Below the pieces are notes generated by a model. It had not been told where the DNA came from. It was given only the letters and a program-made list of their open reading frames with translations, and made no database searches. The translations under genes and the position numbers were made by a program. DNA of 64,000 nucleotides from the NCBI GenBank assembly GCA_965223265.1, contig OZ244999.1, forward strand, positions 8,992,001-9,056,000. The letters are read 5' to 3'. How positions within the stretch are numbered: the first letter of the stretch is position 1; every line of letters begins with the position of its first letter. Positions 36,366 to 45,875 of the stretch are shown piece by piece. This DNA is from Planctomycetota bacterium. Lineage in GTDB: Bacteria > Planctomycetota > UBA8108 > SXIK01.

Positions 36366-39191
36366 ATGAAGCGTTTCACCAATTCTCTCTCTCTCGTCAT
36401 GGTTGCCGTGCTTCTTTCGCTCTTCTCTCCCGCTCTCACTCGAGGTAACGACTTCGCTGGGATTGCCGCCGGAGATTTTGGCAACATTGGCGACATCGTC
36501 ATTATCGACGACGTGATCATCTTGCCGCCGCCACCAAGCGACGGGCGGCGGATCAACGGCCGCATCACGCAGTGCGAAAGCGGCGCCGAGGGGTACACCA
36601 TCGAGGTGTACGCCCATGTCAAGGTGGGGCAGCTGGACGTCCTTACGGCGAAGACTCAAAAGCTCGACCAGCCGAAGATTCCCCTGCCCGGCGATGACGA
36701 CGTCATCATCGATGACAACCCCCCACCGCCTCCGGAAGTTGTCTGCCGCGAACGAAATCAAGTTCAGAGGATCGGTACCGCTGTCACCGGGCCGGACGGC
36801 ACGTACACGGCCTTCCTGCCGGACGCGATCGCTCCAAGCAGCGCCTGTAGCTTCGAAGAAACGGGCACTATGTTCGTCCGCGTTCTTGAGCCTGCTTCCG
36901 GTGACGTGATCCACACGAGCGACGATATGCAGCTTCTTTTTCTTAACTCCTTCGACACGGAACTCGAGTGCAGTGCTATCGCGGGTGTCATGCGGGAGGT
37001 AGCGTTGGAGGTGCCGACAACTCCTGGTGACGGATCCGCCATCCGCGGCACCGTCAAGCTGGGCAGCCGCGCCGCGCGGAACACGACCGTGCACCTATTC
37101 GCCAGCCGGCCAGACATCGTCAGCTTGCCAAGTTTTGTCGTCGTTGCGGCAGGAGCATTCGAAGCCAGTTTCGACGTCGAGGTCCACTCGGCGTTGTCGA
37201 CTCGTGTCGAGGTGTTCGCTAAGTCTTCAGGTCAGGTTCTTTCCACACCCCTGAATGTCTCTCCTGCGCTCTATCGTCTTGGCGATACGAACGCCGACGG
37301 TGGCCGGGACATCTCGGACGGCATCGCGGTTCTCAGTTACCTCTTCGTCGGCAACAGTCCGATCGTGAGTGGCTTCTCGGACTTCAATCTCGACGGCGAC
37401 ATCGATATCTCCGACGGCCTGTCGATTCTTCAATTCCTGTTCGCGGACGGTGACGGTCCGCCGCCCTGTGAGGATGCCCCCGTCGTCACGGGCCATTTTC
37501 CTGATTTCGCTACGGACGGCGACGAGATCAGCATCGCCGGTGAATTTCCCGCGCGCGCCTATCGCGTTGTTATCCGCGGCTTCAAGTACACCCGGGAACC
37601 GCTCTTCGACGAAAACGGCGTGATTCCTCTGACGTTCGAGCGCGAGCAGATCTACTGCGGCTGTGACGACGTCAGCCCGCTGCGGCTGGAGGAGATCGGC
37701 GACATGATGGTGGTTAGAGTTCCTCTCGACGCGCCGAGCGGCGAGTACGAGTTCACGTTCCACGAGTTGACGGAAGATGCTCCGAGCTGCTCCGGCGGCG
37801 TCTGTCCCGAGGTTGCCTGCCAAAGCTCTCCGGTCGTCGTCTATGTCCGACCCAGCCATGTCACGACGCGCGTCACGGAAATGGAAGTGATCGGCAATGG
37901 CGAGGACGACTTTGTCCCAGAGCTGAGTTTCACATTTTCCAGCTCCTACGGCGTGCCGACGCAGCGCGAAGATGGCTCGTTTCGATTTCCGATCGAATTC
38001 GGTGGTGCCTGGCCTGGCGGCTTTGAGGGTTCGGCGCACCTGACAGTGCCTGACGGGGAGGTCGTCGAGCCCGACCTGCCGATCTTCATCGGCAACGAAG
38101 CGCGGATGGATCCGTTCGAGTGCGCCGAGGAATGCGCCGGCAGCAACGACCCGAACTGTATCGAGAAGTGTCTCGATCAGGAGAGTACCCACTCGGACGT
38201 GTTCGAAGCCGCGTTCTCCGGCATCGAAGCCGACACGGAGCGTTGGTGGAGCGATCTGATCGATATCCCTGCCACCGCCGCCCTCTGCTACGCTGCCAAC
38301 AAGGCGGGCGCTGCGGACCCGGACTGCAAGCAGTCGGCGAGTATCGCTCAGTCGCTGGAGTCAGCCGTGAAATCGGCACTCGACGAGGACGACGACTTCA
38401 TGGGGTCGCATCTCGTCACCGGAGCACGGGATGCTTCGAGCCTCGGCTGGGGCATCGGCAGTACGGGTGGCCCCTTCGAGCTCAGTGGCCGCGAGGAGCA
38501 CGTCGGGCCGATCAACATCACCACGGAGACGGCCCGCATGGGTAGCCCGCGAGTGATCGGCTACAACGTCCGTGTCAAAGAGATGCGTTTGATCGAAGGC
38601 TACGAGGAGTGCTCGAGCAACGGCACCGACGTCAACGAGCTCTTCATGGAAGCCCGCGCACAACTGTTCCGCTCCGATCGCGCGCTGCGGACGACGTCAC
38701 GATTCTCCGACAACACCGGCCGCTGGATCGTCGCGGAAGGAAGCGATGTTGATCTTCGCGGCGGATTCGACGTTCAGCCCGAGAGCGTTAGTTCGAACGG
38801 CTTCGGTGAAGACAGTCCAGTCCTCTTCGTCGAGATGAACGTCTGGGAGCAGGACGACTCCGACGAACAAAAGGACCTTGTCGGTCTCTACTCACGGACA
38901 ATTCCATTGGCTCGATTTGTCAGCGGTGACGTTACCGACGCCGCGGTGAGCGACACGGTTCTCCCTGGAGGGCGTCTGGCCCGACAGATCGTCCGCGAGA
39001 TCACGGTCGACACTCACGGCTGGTGGGGAAGCGACTGCGAAGATTGCCGAGGGTTTTTTGGCGGTGCTTGCAATGGTCCGCACTACGATCGCGATGGCGA
39101 CGGTGTCCGCGAAACGCTCGACTTTGACAAGGGTCGGGTTCGTTTCACCTACGAGGTGAGCATGACGGTTCTCAAGTATCCCGAAATGTAG
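36366..39191 (+). CDS. large secreted multidomain protein with a dockerin-like pair and Cys-rich segments
   Basis: AAGGAG RBS and ATG 36366, signal peptide, LGDTNADGGRDISD...DFNLDGDIDISD, CAEECAGSNDPNCIEKC. Confidence 0.75.
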   Translation: MKRFTNSLSLVMVAVLLSLFSPALTRGNDFAGIAAGDFGNIGDIVIIDDVIILPPPPSDGRRINGRITQCESGAEGYTIEVYAHVKVGQLDVLTAKTQKLDQPKIPLPGDDDVIIDDNPPPPPEVVCRERNQVQRIGTAVTGPDGTYTAFLPDAIAPSSACSFEETGTMFVRVLEPASGDVIHTSDDMQLLFLNSFDTELECSAIAGVMREVALEVPTTPGDGSAIRGTVKLGSRAARNTTVHLFASRPDIVSLPSFVVVAAGAFEASFDVEVHSALSTRVEVFAKSSGQVLSTPLNVSPALYRLGDTNADGGRDISDGIAVLSYLFVGNSPIVSGFSDFNLDGDIDISDGLSILQFLFADGDGPPPCEDAPVVTGHFPDFATDGDEISIAGEFPARAYRVVIRGFKYTREPLFDENGVIPLTFEREQIYCGCDDVSPLRLEEIGDMMVVRVPLDAPSGEYEFTFHELTEDAPSCSGGVCPEVACQSSPVVVYVRPSHVTTRVTEMEVIGNGEDDFVPELSFTFSSSYGVPTQREDGSFRFPIEFGGAWPGGFEGSAHLTVPDGEVVEPDLPIFIGNEARMDPFECAEECAGSNDPNCIEKCLDQESTHSDVFEAAFSGIEADTERWWSDLIDIPATAALCYAANKAGAADPDCKQSASIAQSLESAVKSALDEDDDFMGSHLVTGARDASSLGWGIGSTGGPFELSGREEHVGPINITTETARMGSPRVIGYNVRVKEMRLIEGYEECSSNGTDVNELFMEARAQLFRSDRALRTTSRFSDNTGRWIVAEGSDVDLRGGFDVQPESVSSNGFGEDSPVLFVEMNVWEQDDSDEQKDLVGLYSRTIPLARFVSGDVTDAAVSDTVLPGGRLARQIVREITVDTHGWWGSDCEDCRGFFGGACNGPHYDRDGDGVRETLDFDKGRVRFTYEVSMTVLKYPEM

Positions 39192-39386
39192 GGAACGCTT
39201 TGAGAGGTGTCGCTGACCGATTGAGCTCACCCTGTCCCCTCAGCCCCGACATGAGAGTTGCGGCTGAGGGGGATTTTGATGGCGCACGACTTCGAGCTGG
39301 CCGCCGGCGGCGGCCTTGAGCAGTTCTCGGCGTGGTCGACGGCGGTGGTGGCTGGCGGTCAGCCGTGGATCCTTTAGAATGTCGTC

Positions 39387-40427
39387 ATGGCGAAGAAAGT
39401 CACGACCCGCACGAAAAAGAAGGCCTCTCAAAAGAAGACGCGGAAGCGTGCGACGACGAGAAAAACGTCGTCGCGCTCGCGTCTGAAAATCAGCAAGGAG
39501 AAACGCGGTCTCGAGTCAAGCCAGATCGCTCTGCCGCTCACCGCTCCTGAGGTCGCGAATCTCGTGCGCGAGGTGGAAGGCGTAGGCGGCGCTGCGGTGG
39601 GTGCCTACCGCGAGCCGCTCTCGGGTCGCCCGATCCTCGTCGCGTCGCTGCCGATCAAATCTGTTGAGCCGACACCGTTTCAGCGCAATCTATCACCGAC
39701 GCACACCAAGAGGTTGGCCCAAAAGATCGAAGAGAGTGGTTCGTTTCTCGATCCGCTCATCGTCGTGCGCGGCGACGATGGCCGACTCTGGACGCCGAAC
39801 GGTCGCCATCGCTTGGCAGCGGCGAAGATTCTCGGTCTGCGTCAGATCACAGCGCTAGTCTCGCCCGACGAGGGCCTCGCGTTCAAGATTCTGGCGCTCA
39901 ACACTGAGAAGGCGCACAACCTCAAGGACCGTAGCCTCGAGGTGATTCGTATGGCGCGGGAGCTGGCGCGACGTCACAAGCGTGCAAAGGAGTCCGATTT
40001 CGCCGCGGAGTTCGAAGCGCCTGAGCTTTTGACCTTGGGCATCATCTACGAGGAAGCGGCGCGCTTTGCAGGCGGCGCGTATAGTCCGTTTCTCAAAAAG
40101 GTCGATCGGTTCACGCATCGCACGCTGGCTGCTAGTTTGCGGCAGCGGGAAGGGTATGCGGCGCGTCTACTCGAGATCGAAGAGCAAGTCAAAGAGATCA
40201 TCGAAGAGCTGCGTGAGCGTGGATTTAAGTCACCTTATCTACGGGCGTACGTCGTCGCACGGATCAATCCGGTGCGTTTCCATCGCGCCAAGAAGGGCGA
40301 TACGAAGCCACCGATGACGCTGGCCGCTGGCTTGACGCGGATGGCTGCGGCGGCACGGAAATTTGACGTCGGCTCGGTTAAGCCTGGAGACTTGGCGATC
40401 GTTGCGGCGCTGGCGCCCGATGAATGA
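39387..40427 (+). CDS. ParB/Srx N-terminal domain protein with a basic N-terminal tail
   Basis: PTPFQR, DPLIVV...PNGRHRLAA; N-terminus AKKVTTRTKKKASQKKTRKR. Confidence 0.85.
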   Translation: MAKKVTTRTKKKASQKKTRKRATTRKTSSRSRLKISKEKRGLESSQIALPLTAPEVANLVREVEGVGGAAVGAYREPLSGRPILVASLPIKSVEPTPFQRNLSPTHTKRLAQKIEESGSFLDPLIVVRGDDGRLWTPNGRHRLAAAKILGLRQITALVSPDEGLAFKILALNTEKAHNLKDRSLEVIRMARELARRHKRAKESDFAAEFEAPELLTLGIIYEEAARFAGGAYSPFLKKVDRFTHRTLAASLRQREGYAARLLEIEEQVKEIIEELRERGFKSPYLRAYVVARINPVRFHRAKKGDTKPPMTLAAGLTRMAAAARKFDVGSVKPGDLAIVAALAPDE

Positions 40428-41370
40428 GCTCGGCGTGAATCTGCCGCGCGGCATCGTCCCGGTGGTGCAGACTCCGTTCGAGCCGGAAGGCGCGATTGAC
40501 TTCGAGTCGTTTGATCGTTTGATCGAGGACGCGATCGCAGCCGGGGCAACGGGCTTTCTGGTTCCGGCCGTCGCCAGCGAAGTCGCCGCTTTGAATGCAG
40601 AAGAGCGAGGGCAACTCGCCCGTCGCGCTGCATCGCTGACGCGGGGACGAGCGGCGCTGATTGCCGGCGCGTCGGCGGCGACCGAAGCAGAGTGCGTTCA
40701 CTACGGCGAGCTGGCTGAAAGTGTGGGCGCTGCGGCATGGCTGGTGGCGGTACCCAGCGAGCTCTACGCACGACGACCCGAAGAGATTGTCAGCTACTTC
40801 GTGCGGCTGACCGACTCTTGCCGCGAGCCACTGATCATCCAGGATTTGGAGTTCAGCGGCAGCGGTCTGTCGCTCGAGACGATCAAGCAACTGCGAGCCG
40901 GCGTGCCAACGCTCGCTGGCATCAAGATTGAGACCGTCCCTGCGGGACCGAAGTACAGCCAAGTTCGCGCGGCGCTCGGACCGGAGTTTTACATCGCTGG
41001 GGGCTGGGCTGTGCCGCAGATGATCGAAGCGCTGGATCGTGGCGTCGATGCGATGATCCCGGAGAGCTCGATGGTACGGGTCTACGCCAGAATCGACGCC
41101 CTTCACAGATCTGGACGGCGTCAGGAGGCGCTACGACTTTTTCGCAGGCTGCTTCCCGTCCTCGCATTTGCCAATCAGGAACTCTTCCTTTCCATCGCTT
41201 TTTTCAAACGACTACTGGTGCGCAAAGGGATCTTCCGGAGTGAAACCATGCGCTGTGGGCCAAACCCATGGGACGCTCCGGGACAGCGCATCGCCGACGA
41301 GCTGATCGAGTATTACCTCGAACTCGAGGCGAGTCTTGAAGCGCCGGCGGATGATGGGCGGGAGGGGTAG
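40420..41370 (+). CDS. dihydrodipicolinate synthase (DapA-like) family aldolase/dehydratase
   Basis: GIVPVVQTPF, PAVASE, IIQD, Schiff-base lysine IKIE; start overlaps the ParB-like stop. Confidence 0.85.
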   Translation: MNELGVNLPRGIVPVVQTPFEPEGAIDFESFDRLIEDAIAAGATGFLVPAVASEVAALNAEERGQLARRAASLTRGRAALIAGASAATEAECVHYGELAESVGAAAWLVAVPSELYARRPEEIVSYFVRLTDSCREPLIIQDLEFSGSGLSLETIKQLRAGVPTLAGIKIETVPAGPKYSQVRAALGPEFYIAGGWAVPQMIEALDRGVDAMIPESSMVRVYARIDALHRSGRRQEALRLFRRLLPVLAFANQELFLSIAFFKRLLVRKGIFRSETMRCGPNPWDAPGQRIADELIEYYLELEASLEAPADDGREG

Positions 41371-41371
41371 G

Positions 41372-41612
41372 GAGGCGGAGACAGAGACGGACACAGAGAC
41401 AGAGACGGATACGGAGTCAGATACCGATGCGGAGACAGAGACGGACACAGAGACAGAGGCGGATACGGAGTCAGATACCGATGCAGAGACAGAGATAGGA
41501 GAGACACAGAGACCGAGTCGGACTCAGAGGGGACGCGAACGCCTACGCAAACGCAGAACGCCCACGCCCACGCCCACGCCCACGCAAACGCAAACGCAAA
41601 CGCAAACGCAAA
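41372..41612 (+). repeat. hexamer-array locus F (bipartite) with a 54-bp higher-order duplication
   Basis: GANNCR block starts 1 nt after the stop; 41377-41430 and 41431-41484 differ at 1 nt; CACGCC/AACGCA block ends just before the next ATG. Confidence 0.9.
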
Positions 41613-41627
41613 GCAGGACTACCACCG

Positions 41628-42992
41628 ATGCGCACCTCTACGGACCCAAGCGTTGTTCTTGCCTTCTTCGTCGCCGTTGCGCTCACCAATGCCTCGTTTG
41701 GTGCGCCGCGAGACGCGTCTCCTTCGGCGCTCGACAACTGGCACCAGTGGCGCGGGCCGCTGGCGAACGGGTCTGCGCCGCGCGGCGATCCACCGCTGGC
41801 GTGGGATCAGCAGCGAAACATCAAATGGAAGGTAGAGATTCCTGGCGTCGGCAGTTCGACCCCGATCGTTTGGGATGATCGCGTGTTTTTGCTGACCGCC
41901 ATAAGGACTGACCGCGTTGACGAGAGCGTGCCACCCGCTGACCAGCAACCCGATCGACCGTTCGGTATCAAGTTTCCGCGGCATGTTTACCAGTTCGCGG
42001 TCATGAGCCTGCGTCGAGCTGACGGGAAGATCGAGTGGCAACGCGTTGTCCACGAAGGATTGCCGCATGAGGGGCACCATCCGGACAACGACTTCGCGTC
42101 GTCTTCGCCAACCACAGACGGGAAGCGCCTCTACGTCTCCTTTGGCTCGCGCGGCATCTATTGCCTCGGACTCGACGGCGAGACGAAGTGGTCACGTCGC
42201 CTCGGCGAGATGAAGACTCGGCTCAGTTTCGGCGAAGGTACGTCACCAACCCTTCACGAGGACTCACTCATCGTCAACTGGGACCACGACGGTCCGTCGA
42301 GAATCTTTGTGTTGGACGCGCACAGTGGAGACACTCGGTGGCAAAAGGATCGTGATGAGATGTCCGCGTGGTCGACGCCGCTTGTCGTTGAGGCTGCTGG
42401 CAAGACCCAGGTGGTGGTCAACGGCAGCAACCGCGTGCGCAGCTATGATCTCGCCAGTGGCGATTTGATTTGGGAGTGCGGTGGGCAAGTGAAGAACGTC
42501 ACGCCGTCGCCGGTTGCCCACCGCGGCCTGGTTTTTTGTATGAGCGGCTACAAGGGCAGTGCCGTTGTCGCGATGCCGCTCGATGCGACTGGCGACATCT
42601 CCGGCACGTCGCGGATCGCATGGCAGCACGAGCGAGGCGCGCCGTACATTCCGTCGCCCCTTCTCGTCGGTGACGTGCTCTACTACACCCAGTCGAACAG
42701 CGCGATTGTGTCGTGCGTCCGCGCTGCAACCGGTGAGCCGCTCTATGGTCGCCAGCGCCTGCCCGGGTTGCGGAAGATCTATGCCTCACCTGTGGCTGCA
42801 GCCGGTCGCGTCTATATCGTCGATCGCGAGGGCACGACGATTGTTTTGGCGGCGGGATCTGAAATGAAGGTGCTGGCGACGAACCGCCTGGACGATCCGA
42901 TCGATGCGTCACCGGCGATCGTCGGCAACGAGCTCTTTCTTCGCGGTCAACGCTACCTCTACTGCATCGCGGCGGCGCCAGCCGGTTCGTAG
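41628..42992 (+). CDS. PQQ-binding-like beta-propeller protein (planctomycete family)
   Basis: signal peptide, NWHQWRGP, NIKWKVEIPGVGSSTPIVWDDRVF, repeated SSP/ASP motifs. Confidence 0.92.
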   Translation: MRTSTDPSVVLAFFVAVALTNASFGAPRDASPSALDNWHQWRGPLANGSAPRGDPPLAWDQQRNIKWKVEIPGVGSSTPIVWDDRVFLLTAIRTDRVDESVPPADQQPDRPFGIKFPRHVYQFAVMSLRRADGKIEWQRVVHEGLPHEGHHPDNDFASSSPTTDGKRLYVSFGSRGIYCLGLDGETKWSRRLGEMKTRLSFGEGTSPTLHEDSLIVNWDHDGPSRIFVLDAHSGDTRWQKDRDEMSAWSTPLVVEAAGKTQVVVNGSNRVRSYDLASGDLIWECGGQVKNVTPSPVAHRGLVFCMSGYKGSAVVAMPLDATGDISGTSRIAWQHERGAPYIPSPLLVGDVLYYTQSNSAIVSCVRAATGEPLYGRQRLPGLRKIYASPVAAAGRVYIVDREGTTIVLAAGSEMKVLATNRLDDPIDASPAIVGNELFLRGQRYLYCIAAAPAGS

Positions 42993-42993
42993 G

Positions 42994-44601
42994 TCATTCC
43001 GGGAGCTTGGTCGATCGACCCGCTGTGCGCCAGCTCGGTGAGCGAAAGATCTCGGGCGCATAGAACGGATACGTATCCCACGGGCTCTTGCCTGTCACAC
43101 GCGGGTCTTCAGTCAGCTTGAGGTATGCCTTCAGTCGCTCCGCGAGCTCGGCGCGCGTGGCCTCAAGCTCTGGCTGACCGGCGAGATTGGTGAGCTGATG
43201 CGGATCCTCTTTCATGTCGTAGAGCTCTTCTGCGGGGCGGCGGCCGAAGGCGAGCTGGAACAGGCGCGCGACGGCCGGGCGATCGGCAGCCGCGATCATG
43301 AAGCTCTTCGAGGCGCCGCGGTCGATGTCGCCGTAGAACCCTTGATGCGAAGAGACGAAGTCCGGCGCCCCTGCAGGCCAACGGTCCGGTTCGTAGTTGC
43401 GGATGTAGGTGTAGCGATGGGTATGGATGGCCCGCATCGGATAACCGAGCCCATCGCGGCGACAAATGGTGTGGCGTTCGAAGGCGGTGACGACGAAGTC
43501 GCGATCGGGGTCAGTACGTCCTTCGGCGGTCGAAACCAGCAGGTTCCGTAGACTGCGGCCGGTCATCGACGAGGGGACGCCGATCCCGGCGATCTCCAGG
43601 AGTGTCGGTGCGATATCGGTGAGCGACGTGAAGTCATCAAGTGTCCGCCCTGCAGGGATCCTTCGCGGCCAGCGGATCGCGAGCGGAACTCGGACCCCAA
43701 CGTCGTAAAGGTTGCATTTGGCTCGCGGCAGCGGATTGCCATGGTCGCTTGTGACGATCACGATGGTGTTATCGCTGAGCCCTCGGGCTTCAAGCAGATT
43801 GAGCATCGAGGCGAGATGCCGGTCGAAATGCTCGATCTCGAGGCCGTAGTCGAGAATCTCACCCCGCGTCGTTGGGTCGTCGGGCAAGCACCTTGGTAAG
43901 CGCGCGTCGGCCAGGTTCTTGCCAGCGCGCCGCCATGCCCCAACGTCGTAGCTCTGGTGCGGCTCGCTCGCGCCGAACCAGAAGAAGAACGGCCGGTCGA
44001 CGTCGCGCTCATCGATGAACTGAGAGAAGTTCGCGGCGTAGTCGATCGAACTGAGACCGCGCGTCTTCGTTTGCAGCCGCAGCGTGTTGTAGGCCTTCCC
44101 GGTGGGTGGTCGTTTCCAGCCACCGGGCTGCAAGCGACCAGGCGACCAGGTTTTTCCGGTCGAGGCGATCTCGTACCCTGTGTCCTCGAGAAGACGTGTG
44201 AACGTTGGGAATCTCTTGGGCAGGAAGCCCATGAGAACGCCGCCTTCCTCAAGTCGATAGATCTGTTGGCCGGTCAGGATGGCGCTACGGGCGGGCGTGC
44301 AAGACGGGCACGCGGTGAAGGCGTAGTTGAACAGCACTCCTCCGTGGGCGATGCGGTCAAAGGCCGGAGTCTTTGTGCCGCGGTCTCCGTAGGCGCCGGC
44401 GTGCATCCACGACTGATCGTCTGAGATCGCGAACAGGATGTGTGGGCGTTCGTCGACATGGGCTCCTGACTCTTCGCGTGCTGCACATGCGAGAGTCGAC
44501 GTGAAGCACACAGTGAACACAAGAACGTGCCTTGCGATGCCATACCTTCGAGGTGGCGACCACGATGGCCTGCTGCTGCTCCAGAGGTGATCCATACGCA
44601 T
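42994..44601 (-). CDS. sulfatase (N-sulfoglucosamine sulfohydrolase-like)
   Basis: HILFAISDDQ, FGly motif CTPARSAILTG, TSDHG, EELYD; start set to ATG 44601 just after the upstream stop. Confidence 0.92.
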   Translation of the reverse strand: MRMDHLWSSSRPSWSPPRRYGIARHVLVFTVCFTSTLACAAREESGAHVDERPHILFAISDDQSWMHAGAYGDRGTKTPAFDRIAHGGVLFNYAFTACPSCTPARSAILTGQQIYRLEEGGVLMGFLPKRFPTFTRLLEDTGYEIASTGKTWSPGRLQPGGWKRPPTGKAYNTLRLQTKTRGLSSIDYAANFSQFIDERDVDRPFFFWFGASEPHQSYDVGAWRRAGKNLADARLPRCLPDDPTTRGEILDYGLEIEHFDRHLASMLNLLEARGLSDNTIVIVTSDHGNPLPRAKCNLYDVGVRVPLAIRWPRRIPAGRTLDDFTSLTDIAPTLLEIAGIGVPSSMTGRSLRNLLVSTAEGRTDPDRDFVVTAFERHTICRRDGLGYPMRAIHTHRYTYIRNYEPDRWPAGAPDFVSSHQGFYGDIDRGASKSFMIAAADRPAVARLFQLAFGRRPAEELYDMKEDPHQLTNLAGQPELEATRAELAERLKAYLKLTEDPRVTGKSPWDTYPFYAPEIFRSPSWRTAGRSTKLPE

Positions 44602-44603
44602 GT

Positions 44604-45812
44604 TCAATTGCCGACCGCAGCGTCGCGCAGAGCCAATCGGCAAAAGAGCTCGACACCTGTTGAGATGATCTTGTCGTTGAAGTCGAACTCCGCCTGGTGC
44701 AGCTGTGCCGTACTTTTGATCCCGCGTGGACAGGAGCCTACAAAAAAGAAGCACGAGTCGACTTCGTGGCAATAGAAGGAAAAGTCCTCACCACCCATGA
44801 CGGGAGATTCGACAGGCCGGACTCTCTCCTCTCCGAGCGCCCGCCGCGCGACTTGCTCGAACGCCCGGACGGCAGTCGCTGCATTGAACGTCACCGGATA
44901 CGCCTCATGGAGCGTGATTTCGGCGCTGCATTCATGGGCTCGGGCGGTGCTGGTGACGATTTCATGCAGTCGACCTTGCGCGCGTGACGTCGTCTCAGAG
45001 TTGAGGGTTCGGAGCGTCCCGGAGATCGTCGCGCTCGCCGGGATGACGTTGTAGGTCGAGCCCGCCAGAACCTTCGTCACCGACACGACGACCGAGTCAA
45101 GGGGGTCGACGGTTCGCGACGCGATCGTCTGCAGAGCCGAGATCACATGCGCCGCCGCAACAACCGGGTCTTTGCCGCGGTGGGGGAACGCGGCGTGAGC
45201 TCCGACGCCGGCAATGTTGATATCGAAGGATTGAGCAGCCGCGAGGAGGGGGCCTTGGCGTGACCCGACGAGCCCTTCGTCCCACGCGGGCCAGTTGTGG
45301 AGTCCAAAAATCTCAGTGACCGGAGCGCCGAGCTTTGATCCGTCGAGGCAGCCGTCCGCCACCATCCGCTTGCCGCCCGCGCCGACTTCTTCCGCAGGTT
45401 GGAAAACGAACATCACTGGACGCGGCAGCGGCGCACGCTGAGACAGCTGCGCCAGCACCCGCGCGGCGCCGAGAAGGATCGCGGTGTGCCCATCGTGTCC
45501 ACACGCGTGCATGACTCCTGGTGTGGTCGATCGGTGCGGGACTGTCGTCTTCTCCTCGATTGGTAGTGCGTCCATGTCGGCCCGTAGGCCGATCGCCTCT
45601 GAGGCGTGACCGGGGAGGTATCCAAGGACTCCGGTGCCTCCAGCGAGACCGGAGACGAACTGAACTCCGGCGCCCTCGAGCTCGCGCACAACGACCTGCG
45701 CAGTACGTTTCTCTTCATACCCGAGCTCAGGATGGGCGTGGAGGTCGCGACGAATCCGGATGAGTTCGTCTAACTGGTCATGAATGCAGCGTCGTAGGTC
45801 GTCGTCGCTCAC
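44604..45812 (-). CDS. M20D family amidohydrolase
   Basis: LHAHPELGYEE, LRADMDALP, MHACGHDGH, FQPAEE, GGEDF. Confidence 0.95.
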   Translation of the reverse strand: MSDDDLRRCIHDQLDELIRIRRDLHAHPELGYEEKRTAQVVVRELEGAGVQFVSGLAGGTGVLGYLPGHASEAIGLRADMDALPIEEKTTVPHRSTTPGVMHACGHDGHTAILLGAARVLAQLSQRAPLPRPVMFVFQPAEEVGAGGKRMVADGCLDGSKLGAPVTEIFGLHNWPAWDEGLVGSRQGPLLAAAQSFDINIAGVGAHAAFPHRGKDPVVAAAHVISALQTIASRTVDPLDSVVVSVTKVLAGSTYNVIPASATISGTLRTLNSETTSRAQGRLHEIVTSTARAHECSAEITLHEAYPVTFNAATAVRAFEQVARRALGEERVRPVESPVMGGEDFSFYCHEVDSCFFFVGSCPRGIKSTAQLHQAEFDFNDKIISTGVELFCRLALRDAAVGN

Positions 45813-45875
45813 AAGACTCTCCTGGTTGGCGGTAGGTCAGCCGACGCCCGGCACTCGGCAGAACGAGGCGTTCGT

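Noticed and set aside
39387-40427. Chromosomal parABS locus or plasmid/prophage partition module
   Set aside because: No parA, no parS-like palindrome noticed, and no phage or plasmid genes around it.
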